Assembly: GCF_036321535.1 (NCBI RefSeq)
Contig: NC_087437.1
Span: 86,368,001-86,432,000, forward strand
Direction: 5' to 3'
DNA length: 64,000 nt
Source of the DNA: Camelus dromedarius
Lineage: Eukaryota
In this document: piece after piece, positions 48,116 through 60,975 of the stretch
Numbering within the stretch: the first letter of the stretch is position 1
Layout of the letters: every line of letters starts with the position of its first letter
Translations under genes and position numbers: made by a program
The notes under the pieces: model-generated
What the model was told of the DNA's origin: nothing
What the model saw: the letters and a program-made list of their open reading frames with translations, nothing else
Databases searched by the model: none

Positions 48116-49566
48116 TTGTTATTTTTATCATTGTTATTTATTAGAGGAAGCTTGGCTATATTTATAGGTTTCATTAAAGTAGTGACATTACAATGGTTGA
48201 AAGTCTTCAAATTTGTAGGATCAGAAACTCGCCATCTGGAAGTCCAAAAACTAGGTTTGAAAGGACTGATTCCTACAGATCCAACTTTATTCATTGTTAC
48301 ATTCCAGGCCTGTCTTAAAAATGGTAACAGTCTGCTTTATTTTGTCTGGTTCCATTTTTGTGCTGAAGAATTGGAACTATAATTTCCACCTGATAAAAAG
48401 TGGCTCAAATCTGTTCCCTTGACAGTGCCAGATTTAGAAAAAAGGTAAAATTTGAAAACCTTGGAAGATATTTCTATGCTATATATTTACACCATAACAA
48501 TTTTCACCAGTACCACTAGAACATACATTCAGATTCATTACGGTGCAAAACCAGAAATGCTAACCCACTAAGCACTCATTTTAACGTTCATTTAACAAAA
48601 GAAGTAGATTTTGATTGTCTTATAAATTAAGTGAGGGGAAAGGTAAGGAACCTATGAAATAATTAACTAGAATAATTCATTTTGATGCGTTTCCTCTGAA
48701 AGCATTAAAATGTCTTTGTTGCTTCCTGCAGGAATTACTTTAAAGCACTGATATATTGTAGTTCTCCTATGTAATTTTCAGATAGCTGATTGTGTGGTTT
48801 AGAAAGTGAAAAGACTCTAGAATTTCATTTCCAAGTTGGCCCTCATTTGTAGACCATAAATTTATTCAAACAAAATTCTTTTCCATGATCTAGTCAATTA
48901 TATAGGCAGTTATTATTCAATGCTTTGTTCTTCTGTTTTTTTAATTTTTAAAATCCCTTTTATTAAAAATAAATATAAGACCTCTTTGGGTGGTAGAATG
49001 GGAGATGCTAAATAACTCAAATAAGGAAAATATCTATATAATTAATAAAGCTGTCTTTCTGAAAGCAATTTTTTATCTACTTTATTATTACCTTCATGCC
49101 TGACTAGAAACTGGAAGACATCAGGCTGTTAGACTTAGAGAAGTGGTCTCATGACCAGGTTGAGATTAAGTCAGGAAAAGAATGTATATTTCTAAATTAT
49201 TCTAGTGATTTTCTGTTACTCTTCGTTCATGGGACCATTCAGTAATAGTTCAAATTTAAGAAATATTTAGCTCTATTAATCGCATGATAAAATGTACCAC
49301 ATATAAAGTGTATCTTAGGGCTAAGAAGAGAAGCATGAAATACTTATTATGAATTGTCCAAATTTAATAATATGATTAGACGCTTTTCACTTTTGTTCTT
49401 GATAACTCAGACTTTAAAGTAGCACTTTGCAACCACTTTTTCTCATCTCATGCTTTCAGTTTAGTACACAAGTAAAACCCATCGTAATGAGGGACAAATT
49501 GCTACACGTCCTCAGTTCTTTTCCCTGACTCCTACCTTCTTCACTTGCAAAATCTTTCCCTCATAG

Positions 49567-50786
49567 TGATGCAGGAAAAAGATGTGGGGTGTGAGGAGGG
49601 CGTGTCCCAGGCCTTGGCTGAGTGCCTGGGACATGCCCTGCCAAGTGTGGGTCCTTGGCTTTGCACAGGAAAGAATTAAAGAGCAAGCCATAGTTGAGTA
49701 AAGGTAGATTTATCTAGAGATACATTCAGAGGCAAGAGAAAGGCCACGAGGTGTGGGAGTTGGGTGCTCAGATTGTTGCCGAAAGATCGGCCCCTGTCCC
49801 TGATGAGCCAAATAACCTAGAGACTAGGTCTTGGAGCTTAGAAGAAAAGAGGCAATTTTATTGCTTTGCCGGGCAAAGGGGACTCACAGCAGGCTGCGGT
49901 GCCTTCAAAACTGTGAACCCACCTTGGGGATAGGGTGGGGTGATTATATAGCCATTGCTCAAACAATAAAGCATTGATAACAATCAACAGAATCATTTTC
50001 TCATCAGAAGACAGAATGGCGTCATGATGCCTCCAGGCTACCAGTTCTATAGAGGCTAACAGTTAGAACTGTTTATCTCGTAAGCACTCAAGGTGTGGTC
50101 TTCTTGGTAATTCAGGCTATTTTGTAAGGTTACAGTCCTGTGACCTTCTCCTTGGAGAAGGACTCAGAGACCAAGCTTGATTATTACTTTCAATTACTGG
50201 AATAAAATAGAAACAGTAAGATCAATAGCTTTAGTTTTAACTATGGGCCTGAAACTGTGAGTAGCAACTGGTCAGTCAGGTCAGTTGACCGTTTTAAGGG
50301 CAAGCATAACAATAAGCAGTCTGTTAGCCTAAGTGTGGCCATTTTATTAATCCTCCTTCAAGATTAGAGTAAAACTAGGTACACACTCCATAGACAGAGT
50401 GCGGGCCGTCTCTGAAGGGGTGGTGGGGAGGGGACAGTGGGTGGCCAGGAGGCGCCATGTTACCAGTTTTTATGAGCTCAGTGGCTTCATATGCTAATAA
50501 GTGGAAGAACCAGTCTAACTACCATGGGGAAGGAGCTGGGATTCCCAGGAAGCTGGCCATTTCCCACTCTTTGACCTTTTGTGGCTAGCCTTGGGACTGC
50601 CATGGTGCCTGTGGGCATGTTATTTACCATGTTAATACATTACAATGGGTGTATAATGAAGCTCAAGGAAGTCAAATCTCCCACTGTCTTGAGCCTTAAG
50701 GCCTCTTTGGGGTTGAATCTTTCTCTTCTGGTGTTAATTGCTGTGTTAATCCTTAAGTGGCTGTGCCCTGCCCCCTTCCTGTCTCA
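49567..50786 (-). mobile_element. Outer ERV1-type solo LTR, split by an inner LTR
   Basis: TG...CA termini (minus-strand start TGAGACAGGAAGGGGG); near-TSD ATAG/ATTG. Confidence 0.75.
49774..50360 (-). mobile_element. Inner ERV1-type solo LTR
   Basis: TG...CA termini; perfect 4-bp TSD AGAT; minus-strand AATAAA at 49857-49862. Confidence 0.82.
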
Positions 50787-53710
50787 ATTGCCTTTATGTT
50801 GGAGTTCTCTGGAGGCTTCCCAAGGTCCTTAATTATCTTTTCCCCTCCTGTGGCCCCAGATATCATCTCTACCTCATCAGGTCATTTACTCCATGGCCCC
50901 TCACAGGTGCCATTTAATCCATTTGTCTTCATTGGTTTGCTTTGGCTTATGTTTTTCATTTCACTAAAATAGTCCTCCCCACTTTTATTCAGACTTTTCC
51001 AAATCAGTCTATCCATTCTCCCTTGTAGCACTTACCCATATTTGCATACATTTTCATGTATACTGTTTATTTACAAAATGTTCTTCCATATACCATAATT
51101 TTTATGAAAGGAGGGACATTACCTGTACTCCAGTGCCTAGTATTTGATAAGCAATACATATTTGTTGAATAAATAAAGAAATTCTGTTGTTTATATGTAC
51201 TTGCTTTACTGCCTTTCCAGCTAGGTTGCAAACATTTATGTACAGGGAGCATGTGCCTCCTAAAATACCAGTGACCCCATGGATACTTGAAAAAGCTAGG
51301 CTCATTAAAATCATGGCACCGGTGAGATTTAAAGGGAGAACAAGGAATTAGGTAAACAAAGAACGGGCTGTGTGTTTTAGTAAGCACTTTCTTAGCATGC
51401 TGAGATGAGCTATATTATGCTTCATCATCATCTTGTCTTGAAGAGAAAATACCCTACAATGAAGTTTTTTGGAGCTGAGTGTTTATAGCAAAGCATTTGC
51501 AGGAGATAAAGGGAATCATTGAAGGCATCTGTGTTTGTGTTTTGTCCATAAAGAAGCAAGAAAGCACCATTCTTACGCAAGTGCACAAGACGATTTAGGG
51601 TAAAAGGAGTTACACTCTAAAGAGCTATTACCATATAAGGAGGATATTGACATGCAAAGATGCACCTTGTTTTCCTTTTCATTCTTGGAATTTTATGTTT
51701 CAGGCAAAACACATGACTCATATTACTGTAGAACAGCCCACATCCACAAATCTTGCCAAAACTGTCTCCAAGGAAATCCTCAACTTTTATATCAACCTGA
51801 GCATGTCATTATTTTTCAAATACTCTTACAAAAGGAATGTTTTCATCATTGCTTTGACATCCCTGGGAATAACTCAAATGAATTCTACTCAGTCACAAAG
51901 AAAAAAACCCCCAATTATTTACATTTAACAGACTTATTTGTTCCCCTCCTGACTTAAAAGCCCAACATCCAACTACATTTTTTCCTTTTGAATATTTTCT
52001 ATTTTTTGCCTAGGATACTGCTTTTTCTCTGTTTCTGTCTTTGAAGATAAACTCATATTTCAATCTTAATTTTGTGTCAGGTCAGTAAGTCAAAACAGAA
52101 CCTTAGCACGTTTGCCAGAACATATCATGACTGAGCATCCCACCCCTCTCCCTTCCTATTGTCGCGTATTAACCCTGACTGCTTTCAGGCTCTCACTTGC
52201 ACTCACGACTTTTTTTTTTAATGAAGTAAAATTCACACAACATATAATTAGCTATTTTAAAGTCATTCAGTGGCCTCTAGTGCATTCACAATGTACTAAT
52301 TATTTTACTTCTCTCCAGTTTACCCCCCTTTTCATAAATTTAACGAACTTTTATTATCTCTTCATGCCTGAGCTCAACCCTGTGCCTTCAGCCCTCTCCA
52401 GATTACCTAACGTCTAAATTCCTTGAGAAGACAGAGACCCCACAGTCTTTTCTCAGACTGCTTAGCTTTCCACCCTCTTTCCTCCCTTCCTCCCCGATGC
52501 GGAGGGAAAGCAGTGTTTCTCCTGCCCAGGATTTATCCTGCCCAATGCACTCCTGTCCTGTTCCCTCCACTTTGTGGGCACCCTGTGCCACCAAATACCC
52601 TGCCTCCTTGCATTCTTAATCAGTATTTTCTTCTGTCTATTTTCCTTGGTCTACAAGCTTATTCATGACTTCTCCATTCTGAAACAGGCTTTTGGTCAAT
52701 TCTTATCTCTCAGCTGCTACCTGTTTTTCTCCTTCCTTTCATCACTGCTAAACGTCTCAAGAGAGTAATCCATCTTCTCTTGCTCATTAAAAAAACGAAA
52801 ACGAAAACAAAAACAACTTCTATTTACAAGGTAACTCACTGCCCAACTCAGCTATTCTGTTAAAACTGTTCTTGTGCGAGTCATCATTGATCTCCCATTT
52901 GCCAAAGTGAACGTCTTCATTATAATTCTCAAAGATGTTTTGTCCAAATTTGACCCTGTTGACGAGGGGCTTCTGTTTGATCTGAAACACTCTTAGGTTT
53001 TAGCTTTTGTGTCATGTCTCTCTCCTGATTCTTTTCCAGCTTGTCTGAATTTTTTTTTTTCTTTTTTGGCAAGTCTGGTAAAGTCTTCCTTTAAATGTGA
53101 ATTTTTCCAAATCTGGTCTTTGGCTTTCTATTCACTTTATACACTTCCATGGTTGATTTCATAATTTCTCGTTGCATCTCCTGCCTTCTATTTTAGTTGC
53201 TTTGCAAACTGGAAAAGCAGTTGTGAGAGTGAATTTGTGTCTTTCAGGGGTTTGGAAGTACTACCTGAGGCTGTTCACCCTAAGCACAAAACCACTTTGA
53301 ATTTCTGAGTTTTTTCTTAGCTCAGGTAGATATTATATTCTGATCAACATTATACCCACCATTGCTTAATTTATAAAAAGTGTAACTAAGATGTCAAATG
53401 AGGTGGTCTGTCTTTGGGAATTATTATTATTGTTTTTGCTTGAAACTCATCCCATATACTATGGGTCCGATGCCATCTCTCTGGGATGTGGTGTGTAGGG
53501 GTGGCAGGGAGGGCATTTATGTTTCCCTTAGCCACCTCTTACTTTGAGTTCCTGCTGCTTCTGGTGTAGTTTATTTTATATACTATTTCACTATCATTCT
53601 GGTATCTGTAAGGACAGTATCAGCCCAGATATAGAAGATGAACTCCTTTCTCCACATTTTCCTGAACGTAGCTGGTACAATGTGTCACAGACTTACTAAA
53701 GGTTTGATAC

Positions 53711-54224
53711 TGTGGGGGAGGGAAAAAAAGCCTTTCCTCGACCCTTTTAAAGTCCTTCTGGCTGGTCTAAGAATTAAATTAATGCGAGAAGTAATAACAG
53801 AAAACATAAAATTTAATTTTGTATGTATGGGAATCTCACATACATGGGAAGGTCAGACACCCCATGTATATGAGAGGTTCAAAGACAGAAAGGAAAATGA
53901 GGTCTGTATGCTGTTCTGAGCTAAGAAACTGGATGCGGTCTGGGGCTTCTAAAGACAGGTGGGTCATTCACAGGACGGTAAGAAGAAGAGCAGATGTGGG
54001 ATAGTTAGATGTTTGCCCTGCCATGCATGTGGGTCACCTGGATAAAACTTACATCTTATCATAACTTTTATTCTGGGAAAGACCAATTTAAATTCTCCTA
54101 TGTAATTAAAGAAGGGATAGAAGTTTCTGTTGAATCTGGAGGATCTCAAAGCCTTTAACTTAAAATAATCCTCTTGAAAAAGTTTTGGGGCACATTTTGG
54201 GGAGGCTCATTTTGAACCTCTTCA
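53711..54224 (-). mobile_element. Solo ERV1-type LTR
   Basis: TG...CA termini; typical end cacattttggggaggctcattttgaacctcttca; TSD not clear. Confidence 0.7.
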
Positions 54225-55262
54225 ATGTACCAGATGTCAATTAAGTGTACCATAAAAGAAGCAACCACAAATTGAAATTAGCCATTCCTGTTCATAAAAT
54301 TTCTCAGTTAACCCACCATGTGGTACTTTTCCATTTGCCTTGGATTCTTTTTTCCCTAATGATTTTTTGTTTCTCGTATTCTAGGAATCATTTCCTTAAC
54401 CTCTTCCTGGAAACTGAATTTTTCAGCAAGAATTACCTACTGTGAGGTTAATTTTAAATTGTTTTTCACGGCAAATGCTTGAAATTCTTTGCCATAGAGT
54501 AAAATGGATGCTCCAAGAGAACAGCCCTTATTCCTGTGACTTCTTGTAAATTGCTGCACTGCTGAGTTCAGCTGTTTTGTGCATATTCCCTTTGGAGAGT
54601 TTGAACTCTTTGAACATGGCTTCTAAAAGTTTATCTCTGGCCCTGATTTCTATTGGGCTTTCATTCTGTAACTCTAGAATATCTCCAACACACACCTGGC
54701 ATTGCAAAATTAATAGAGCCCCAAACTGCACTTTTATTAACCCCTGCAAGTCTATTGTTCCTCTTGTGTTCTTTATCTTAAATAAAAGGATCATCATTTA
54801 CTTAGGCACTTTCTCTAAAAACCTCACTCATCTGTGATCTCATGCTTCCTTCTCCCCTTGTTTCCCTCCCACATAATCATTTGGTTACCACGTCTCGTCA
54901 ATTGTATCACTTAAATGTGCTTGGGATTTGTTACCTCTTCTCATCTACCACCACTGTGCTCCTGCCCTAGGCTCACATTCTGTCTCACGCGGGTTATGCA
55001 CTTGCCTCTCAAATGTCTTTTTGCCTCAACTTCCTAATAGCCTTGTATTCATCCTATTTTCTTGTTAATATTTATATTTTGAAAACAAAGTTCCATCAAG
55101 TTATTTTTGTGCCTCAGAACAGTGTCTACTGCCTAGAGGAGGAGGTTCAAACTCATCTTCTTGTCTTTGTTTCCATGGTCATTCTCTATCTTGAATTTCT
55201 TCCATGCAGTCCACAGTTCAGCTACCCTGGATGCACTTATTTTCTGAACACATTCATTTATT

Positions 55263-56063
55263 TTACTGTGTTCTTTTTTTTAATTGAAGTATAGTCAGTT
55301 TACAATGTTGTGTCAATTTCTGGTGTACAGCACTTCAGTCATATATATATATACATACATATATTCATTTTCATATTCTTTTTCATTATAGGTTATTACA
55401 AGGTATTGAATATGGTTCCTTGCGATACACAGAAGAAACTTGTTTATCAATTTTATGTATAGTAGTTAGTATCTGCAAATCTCGAACTCCCAATTTATCC
55501 CTTCCCCCACCCTTTCCCCCTGGGTAACCATAAGTTTGTTTTCTATGTCTGTGAGTCTGTTTCTGTTTTGTAAATAAGTTCATTTGTGTCCTTTTTATTT
55601 TTTTTAAAGATTCCACATATGAGTGGTATCTTATGGTATTCTTCCTTCTCTTTCTGGCTTACTTCACTTAGAATGACAATCTCCAGGTCCATCCATGTTG
55701 CTGCAAATGGCATTATTTTATTATTTTTTATGGCTGAGTAGTATTCCATTGTATAAATATACCACAGCTTCTTTATCCAGTCATCTGTCAATGGACATTT
55801 ACCTTGTTTCCATGTTTTGGCTATTGTAAATAGCGCTGCTATGAACATTGGGGTACCTGTATCTTTTCAAATTTGAATCCCCTCCAGATATATGTCCAGG
55901 AGTGGGATTCCTGGATCATATGTTAAGTCTACTTTTAGCTTTTTGAGGAATCTCCATACTGTTCTCTATAGTGGCTACACCAAACTACATTCCCTTCAGC
56001 AGTGTAGGAGGGATCCCTTTTCTCCACACCCTCTTCAGCGTTTATTGTTTGTGCACTTTTTGA
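55263..56063 (-). mobile_element. L1 3' fragment with 18-bp TSD
   Basis: ORF2 tail [36 protein letters not shown] at 55245 and 56064. Confidence 0.93.
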
Positions 56064-56389
56064 TGAACACATTCATTTATTGAACTAGTGTAGGGCAAGC
56101 ATTATGATAACTCCTGAGGACTGAAAGAAAAAAAAAAGCATCAAAAAAAGTGTCTACTCTCAAGAATCTTCATTTTAAGTGTCTGCTGATTTGATCATGC
56201 TGTTTTCTCTGCATAACCTTCACTTGCCCTTGTCAAACTTTAATTCATTGTTCAAGTCTATACTTAATGCTATTTCTGTGAAGACTCTCTGTTTTACTCT
56301 AGAAAGAATGATTCATTCTATCTGTATTCGGACCAAACATTTTTCTGCTTTAGTATATTTTTGTTGATATTAGTGCCCAAATATTTCTC

Positions 56390-57070
56390 AAAAGTATTTA
56401 TTTCTGTCCATCTTCAGCACCACTGCTTCTGGCCACAGTCACTCTGCACTTGTTATGGCTACAATCATTCGCTGTCTGGTTGTTCATTATTCACATGTTT
56501 GCTGCTTTTTATCGATTCTCCTCAGTGGTCTAGTCATCACTCTCTGGTTGAAATCTCTTCAGTGGCTTCCAAGGTTCCTAGATGAAGATCAACATTCTCA
56601 GCTTAACATTCTACTTTCTGCACGGTCTGGCCTACATTACCAGACTGGTCTCATACTTGCCACACCCCCAAGTCACTTTGCTCTCAAGTCACTCAGGGCC
56701 TTACTCGGTCTCTTGAATGACTATTCAGAGGACTTTGGCCCATGTTATTCCTTCACCCTAGAACTCCACCAGCCCCTCCTTTCAGTTTATTTAGCTCACC
56801 CTGACTCTGCCATCACATCTCAGTTTAATCATCACTTATTCAGGGAGGCCCTTCCTGTCCCGTGACAGATCAATTTCCCTTATTATCTTTTCTAGCACCA
56901 TAGCCTTCTCTATTTGTAATGATTAATTGTTTATTAATATCCATCTACCCTTCTAAATAATGTATAACATTAAAGCAAAAATGGTATCTTTTTTTCCTCA
57001 TCTTTGATCTCCAGTTCCTAAAGAATGTTCCCCTACCCCATATATACATGTGTGTGTGTGTTGAATGAAC
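56390..57070 (+). mobile_element. LINE-2 3' fragment
   Basis: ctcttcagtggcttcc..cagggaggcccttcctg..gttgaatgaa tail. Confidence 0.65.
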
Positions 57071-57463
57071 AAGAACTTAATTATGTCTCAGACACATTAT
57101 ACTGAATTAGGATTTAATTTATTTAATCTAAGACAAATACATTACTGTTTCAAGATATGCTTCCCTGCTAGTCAAGGTTTCCCTCAGTTTGTTCTCCAAG
57201 TTCTGAGAATGAGGCTCCTCATGTTTCCCTCCCAATGTACCCTGCAGCCTGGACATGGGTGGTTTCTGTCCATACCATGTGTCTCTTCGCTTAAAAGAGA
57301 AAAATCTTCCAACAGGGGTGGGACTTGGCAGTCATTTGTATACTATACAACTCTACTGATCCTACCCAACATCATTACCACTTTCTCACAGTATAAGCTA
57401 GATTAATCAGATCCACTTGTATTCCACACTTGAATGGGACTGAGAAGTAATCAGTCTGGCTTA

Positions 57464-57630
57464 TGACTTTTGTTCGTTTGGTTTTTTTTTTTTTTTTTTT
57501 TTTGAGGGGAGAGGTAATTAGGTTTATTTATATATTTGTTTGTTTTTTAATGGAGGCACTGGGGATTGAACCCAGGACCTCGTGTGTGCAAAGCAAATGC
57601 TCTACCACTGAGCTATACCCTGCCCCCCAA
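57464..57630 (-). mobile_element. tRNA-derived SINE (Vic-1-like)
   Basis: ggggattgaacccaggacc..ctctaccactgagctataccc; TSD TCTGGCTTA at 57455 and 57631. Confidence 0.9.
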
Positions 57631-57979
57631 TCTGGCTTAACACTATAGTTTTATAATCTTTAGAGCTGTGTCATGATCATTGAAATAAACTTTTTAATAT
57701 AAAATATTGGGAACTTTATGAATAAATTGTGGAAATTTACTTTATTACATGAAAGTAAATTATAAATGGAGAGCAAAAAGTTAGATGGAAAGCTATGGTC
57801 ATGTACAGTAAAGGAGAGATGGATGTGTGCAGAGATAAAAATAAAGTAGACATGCAGAGAGAAGCACAGGGAATAGTTCACAAGGCTCCAGAGGCCCAGA
57901 AAGCAAGCTGGATGATCTGGTTCTGGTTCTTCAGTCCTCATTAAAGATGCTCGTATCATCCTTTGTATGAGATAGCTTT

Positions 57980-58400
57980 TGTCTTAGGTTGGGTTCACCA
58001 GTCTAAGGGGATAAAATAAGTTATCTGTGAAATACCCCTGTGATAGGTCAGTTTCTTGACTATAAGGAGACATGAAGCAGGGGATTCATATGCAAGTAAT
58101 TTATTAAGGAAGTGCTCCCAGATAAACTGGTAAGGGAGTGAGGGAAGCAAGAGAGGGAAGGTAAGCAGCAAGGGTGCTATTTCAAGCAAGGGTGGTGACA
58201 GCCTGATCCAGCAGGGGAACTTTGGAATGTAAGTTACAATGCACTATTTGTCCTGACATAAGGCAAAGTTGCTCACCCATCATTCATTGGCTTGCAGCCA
58301 TCCTGGGGGGCGGTAGTGGCTGTAAACTGTCCAGCACTTTCGGCTCTCTGCTTATGCTGGCAAAGATGCCTCACGAGCTCAAGGCCTTTTAAAGAGGATG
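57980..58400 (-). mobile_element. Old ERVL-type LTR (LTR16-like)
   Basis: tgtcttaggttgggttc..tgcaagtaatttattaaggaagtgctcccag. Confidence 0.55.
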
Positions 58401-59735
58401 GCTGGAGTGGTCTCCAGGACTAGGAGAGACTAAATCTCTGTTGCTTTAAGCCACCAAGTTTATGCTAATTTGTTACAGTGGCCACAAAAAACTAACACAG
58501 ATTTTATTAAAGACTCAGTAGACAAAAAAGTACTCTCCTATCAAATGCTGCACAGCTTTCTAAGTGCTTCCTCTCAATTTCTGTAACTAATCCCACCTAG
58601 GTCTTTGGATCACTCTTTGAATAGCACTATACACTTACATCCATAAAACGGATACCCTTATTTGCTTCAGTCATCTCAAATGAGTTTCAGTTACTTGCAG
58701 TCAAAAGAATGTTGACTAATGATTGCCTCCATTCTTCCTTGTCCTTAAGACAACAGGCATGTATCTATAAAGCTGAACAATGGTCCTTCCTTGATGTTAC
58801 CCCATAGCCATATGGACTGGAAGCTGTTCATCTCCTTCACGAGGGCTGAAGATTCAGGAGACTTTTGATTTGCAGCCCTACCATCAGCAACTGCCCCTGA
58901 CACTCGTGTTGTATCAAACCTGTGGTGGCTGAATTAAAATTTTTGTGGGATTGGCAGGCAATTAAGTAACTAACTTGTGGACTGGTCTTAATTGTGGTCT
59001 CACCTTCCTTAATTATTAAGTCCTTTAAGAGTGTCAAGATTTCTCTAGGCTTTCTACTTGTTTTATTATGTCAGTTTACTGGGTTTGCTTTGTTTTGCAT
59101 AATAGACACCCATAACCAAAATAATAGTGCTAATCTTATCTTTGGGTTAGATAATCTCCATCTCTACTCAATACATTTTTTTCTTTCTTCATTAGGACAT
59201 TTACTTACTATGCCATTTTTCCCCCTTCTCTCTCATATGCAGATACTCTTCTTTTCTACTAAATTTCATCAGAACAAACATTTTATATGAACTATTATAA
59301 ACTCATGACTGTGTTGTAGAAAGACATTATGTCAAATTGAAGGAAATTCTACAATTAATGACAGCTTAAGGCCAAAAATTTAGATTTATAGTTATGTCCT
59401 TTTCGATTTTATATCTGTTGATAGTTTTTATGTTTTTTAAATTTAATAATTGGTGCTTTTTAAAAATACAAAACCACACAGAGATATTATATAGTTATTG
59501 ACTATATTTTTCACACTGTGCATTTCACACTCATGACTCACTAATTTTGCAACTGGAAGTTTTTTCCCTCTTAATCTCCCTCACCTGCTGTGGTTGGTGT
59601 TATAGAGACGGTAACAGAATAAAGTAAATTAGGATTTTATCCTACAAAGTTGAGTGGTGTATTTAAATTTTATAATCTGATGTATGTTTGAAAGTAGTTG
59701 ACATTTCTTAAAACCATATATAAAGACAATGAAGT

Positions 59736-59893
59736 GGGGGAAGGTATAGCTCTCATGGTAGAGTACATGCCTAGCATGTACAATGTCCTGGGTTCAACCC
59801 CAAGTACCTCCATAACATATAAGTAAACCTAATTACCCCCTCCCCGCTGACAAAAAAAATCAATTAAAACAAAAAGTAAAATAAAGAAAAAAC
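59736..59893 (+). mobile_element. tRNA-derived SINE (Vic-1-like)
   Basis: ggggaaggtatagctc..ggtagag..gtcctgggttcaacccc; aaacctaattacc; A-rich tail; degenerate TSD AAAGAYAATGRAGT. Confidence 0.9.
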
Positions 59894-60574
59894 AAAGATA
59901 ATGGAGTTTAAATGAAATGACTCCATTTCTTTCATTTTAAACTATTAATTACAGGCCAAAATTTTACCAGCTCATTTAATAACTTTCTAAAGTGAGAGAA
60001 GTCACTAAGAGAATCGCATTACTCTGTGGTCTTTGCTGTATTTAAGTTTTTGTATATTTCTTGAAAAGAATTTAAAAGGCTTTATAAGAAGACCTTTCAT
60101 ATTCAAATCCAGAATCAGCCCTTTACCAATTTGTGTTTTTGAGTTCCATGTTCTGACCTTGCAAGAAAAATTTTAACTTGTAAAATATAAATTCATTAAA
60201 ATAACCTCACTGTGACCATGATTGGAATAATTATACCCATCCATCAGTGTTAGAGATGATATTGAAAATTAACTAGAGGAGAGTTGGAGCTAACATTTGA
60301 TTTTGTACTTTTGAAAACAGATGCAAATGATGTAAGTGAGAAAAGTACAATGTCATGCTGTGTGTTTAATATTTCCAGTTTAAATTGCTCTGATTTGCCC
60401 CATATGTGCACTTGAATTTGTCCATTCATGTCCCCAGATTCTTTTTCAGTGAGATAAAAAGGCACTATGGTTATAAATGATCATTTTAATTGTAACTTGT
60501 GATTTTGGAAATAATTACATAAGAACACAATTTTGAATAGTTGATAGGTCTTTTTTTTAACCATTAAAAAGAAT

Positions 60575-60975
60575 GGAAGTATAGTTAATTTACTATGCTA
60601 TGTTAGTTTCAGGTGTACAGCAAAGTGATTTAGTTTTACATAAATCTGTTCTTTTTCAGATTCTTTTCCATTATAGGTTATCACAATATATTGAATATAG
60701 TTCCCTGTTTTATACAGTAAATCCTTGTTGTTTATTTATTTAATATATATATAGTGGTGTGTATCTGTTAATCCCATTATCCTTATTTATCCCTCCCCAC
60801 TTTCCCTTTTGGTGACCATAGGTTTGTTTTCTATGTCTTTGAGTCTATTTATGTTTTGTATATAAGTTCAGTTGTATCTTTTTTTTTAGATTACACATAT
60901 AAGTGATATCAAATGATATTTGTCTTTGTCTGTCTGTCTTCAGTTAGTATGATAATCTCTAATCTAGCTATGTGG
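60575..60975 (-). mobile_element. L1 3' UTR fragment (older artiodactyl/L1MA-type)
   Basis: gaagtatagttaatttac..caggtgtacagcaaagtgatt..tagattacacatataagtgatatc. Confidence 0.8.

Noticed and set aside
59736..59812. tRNA gene (also the antisense copies near 24520, 24650 and 57550)
   Set aside because: The A/B boxes are followed by a SINE body, A-rich tail and TSDs; the copies are degenerate.
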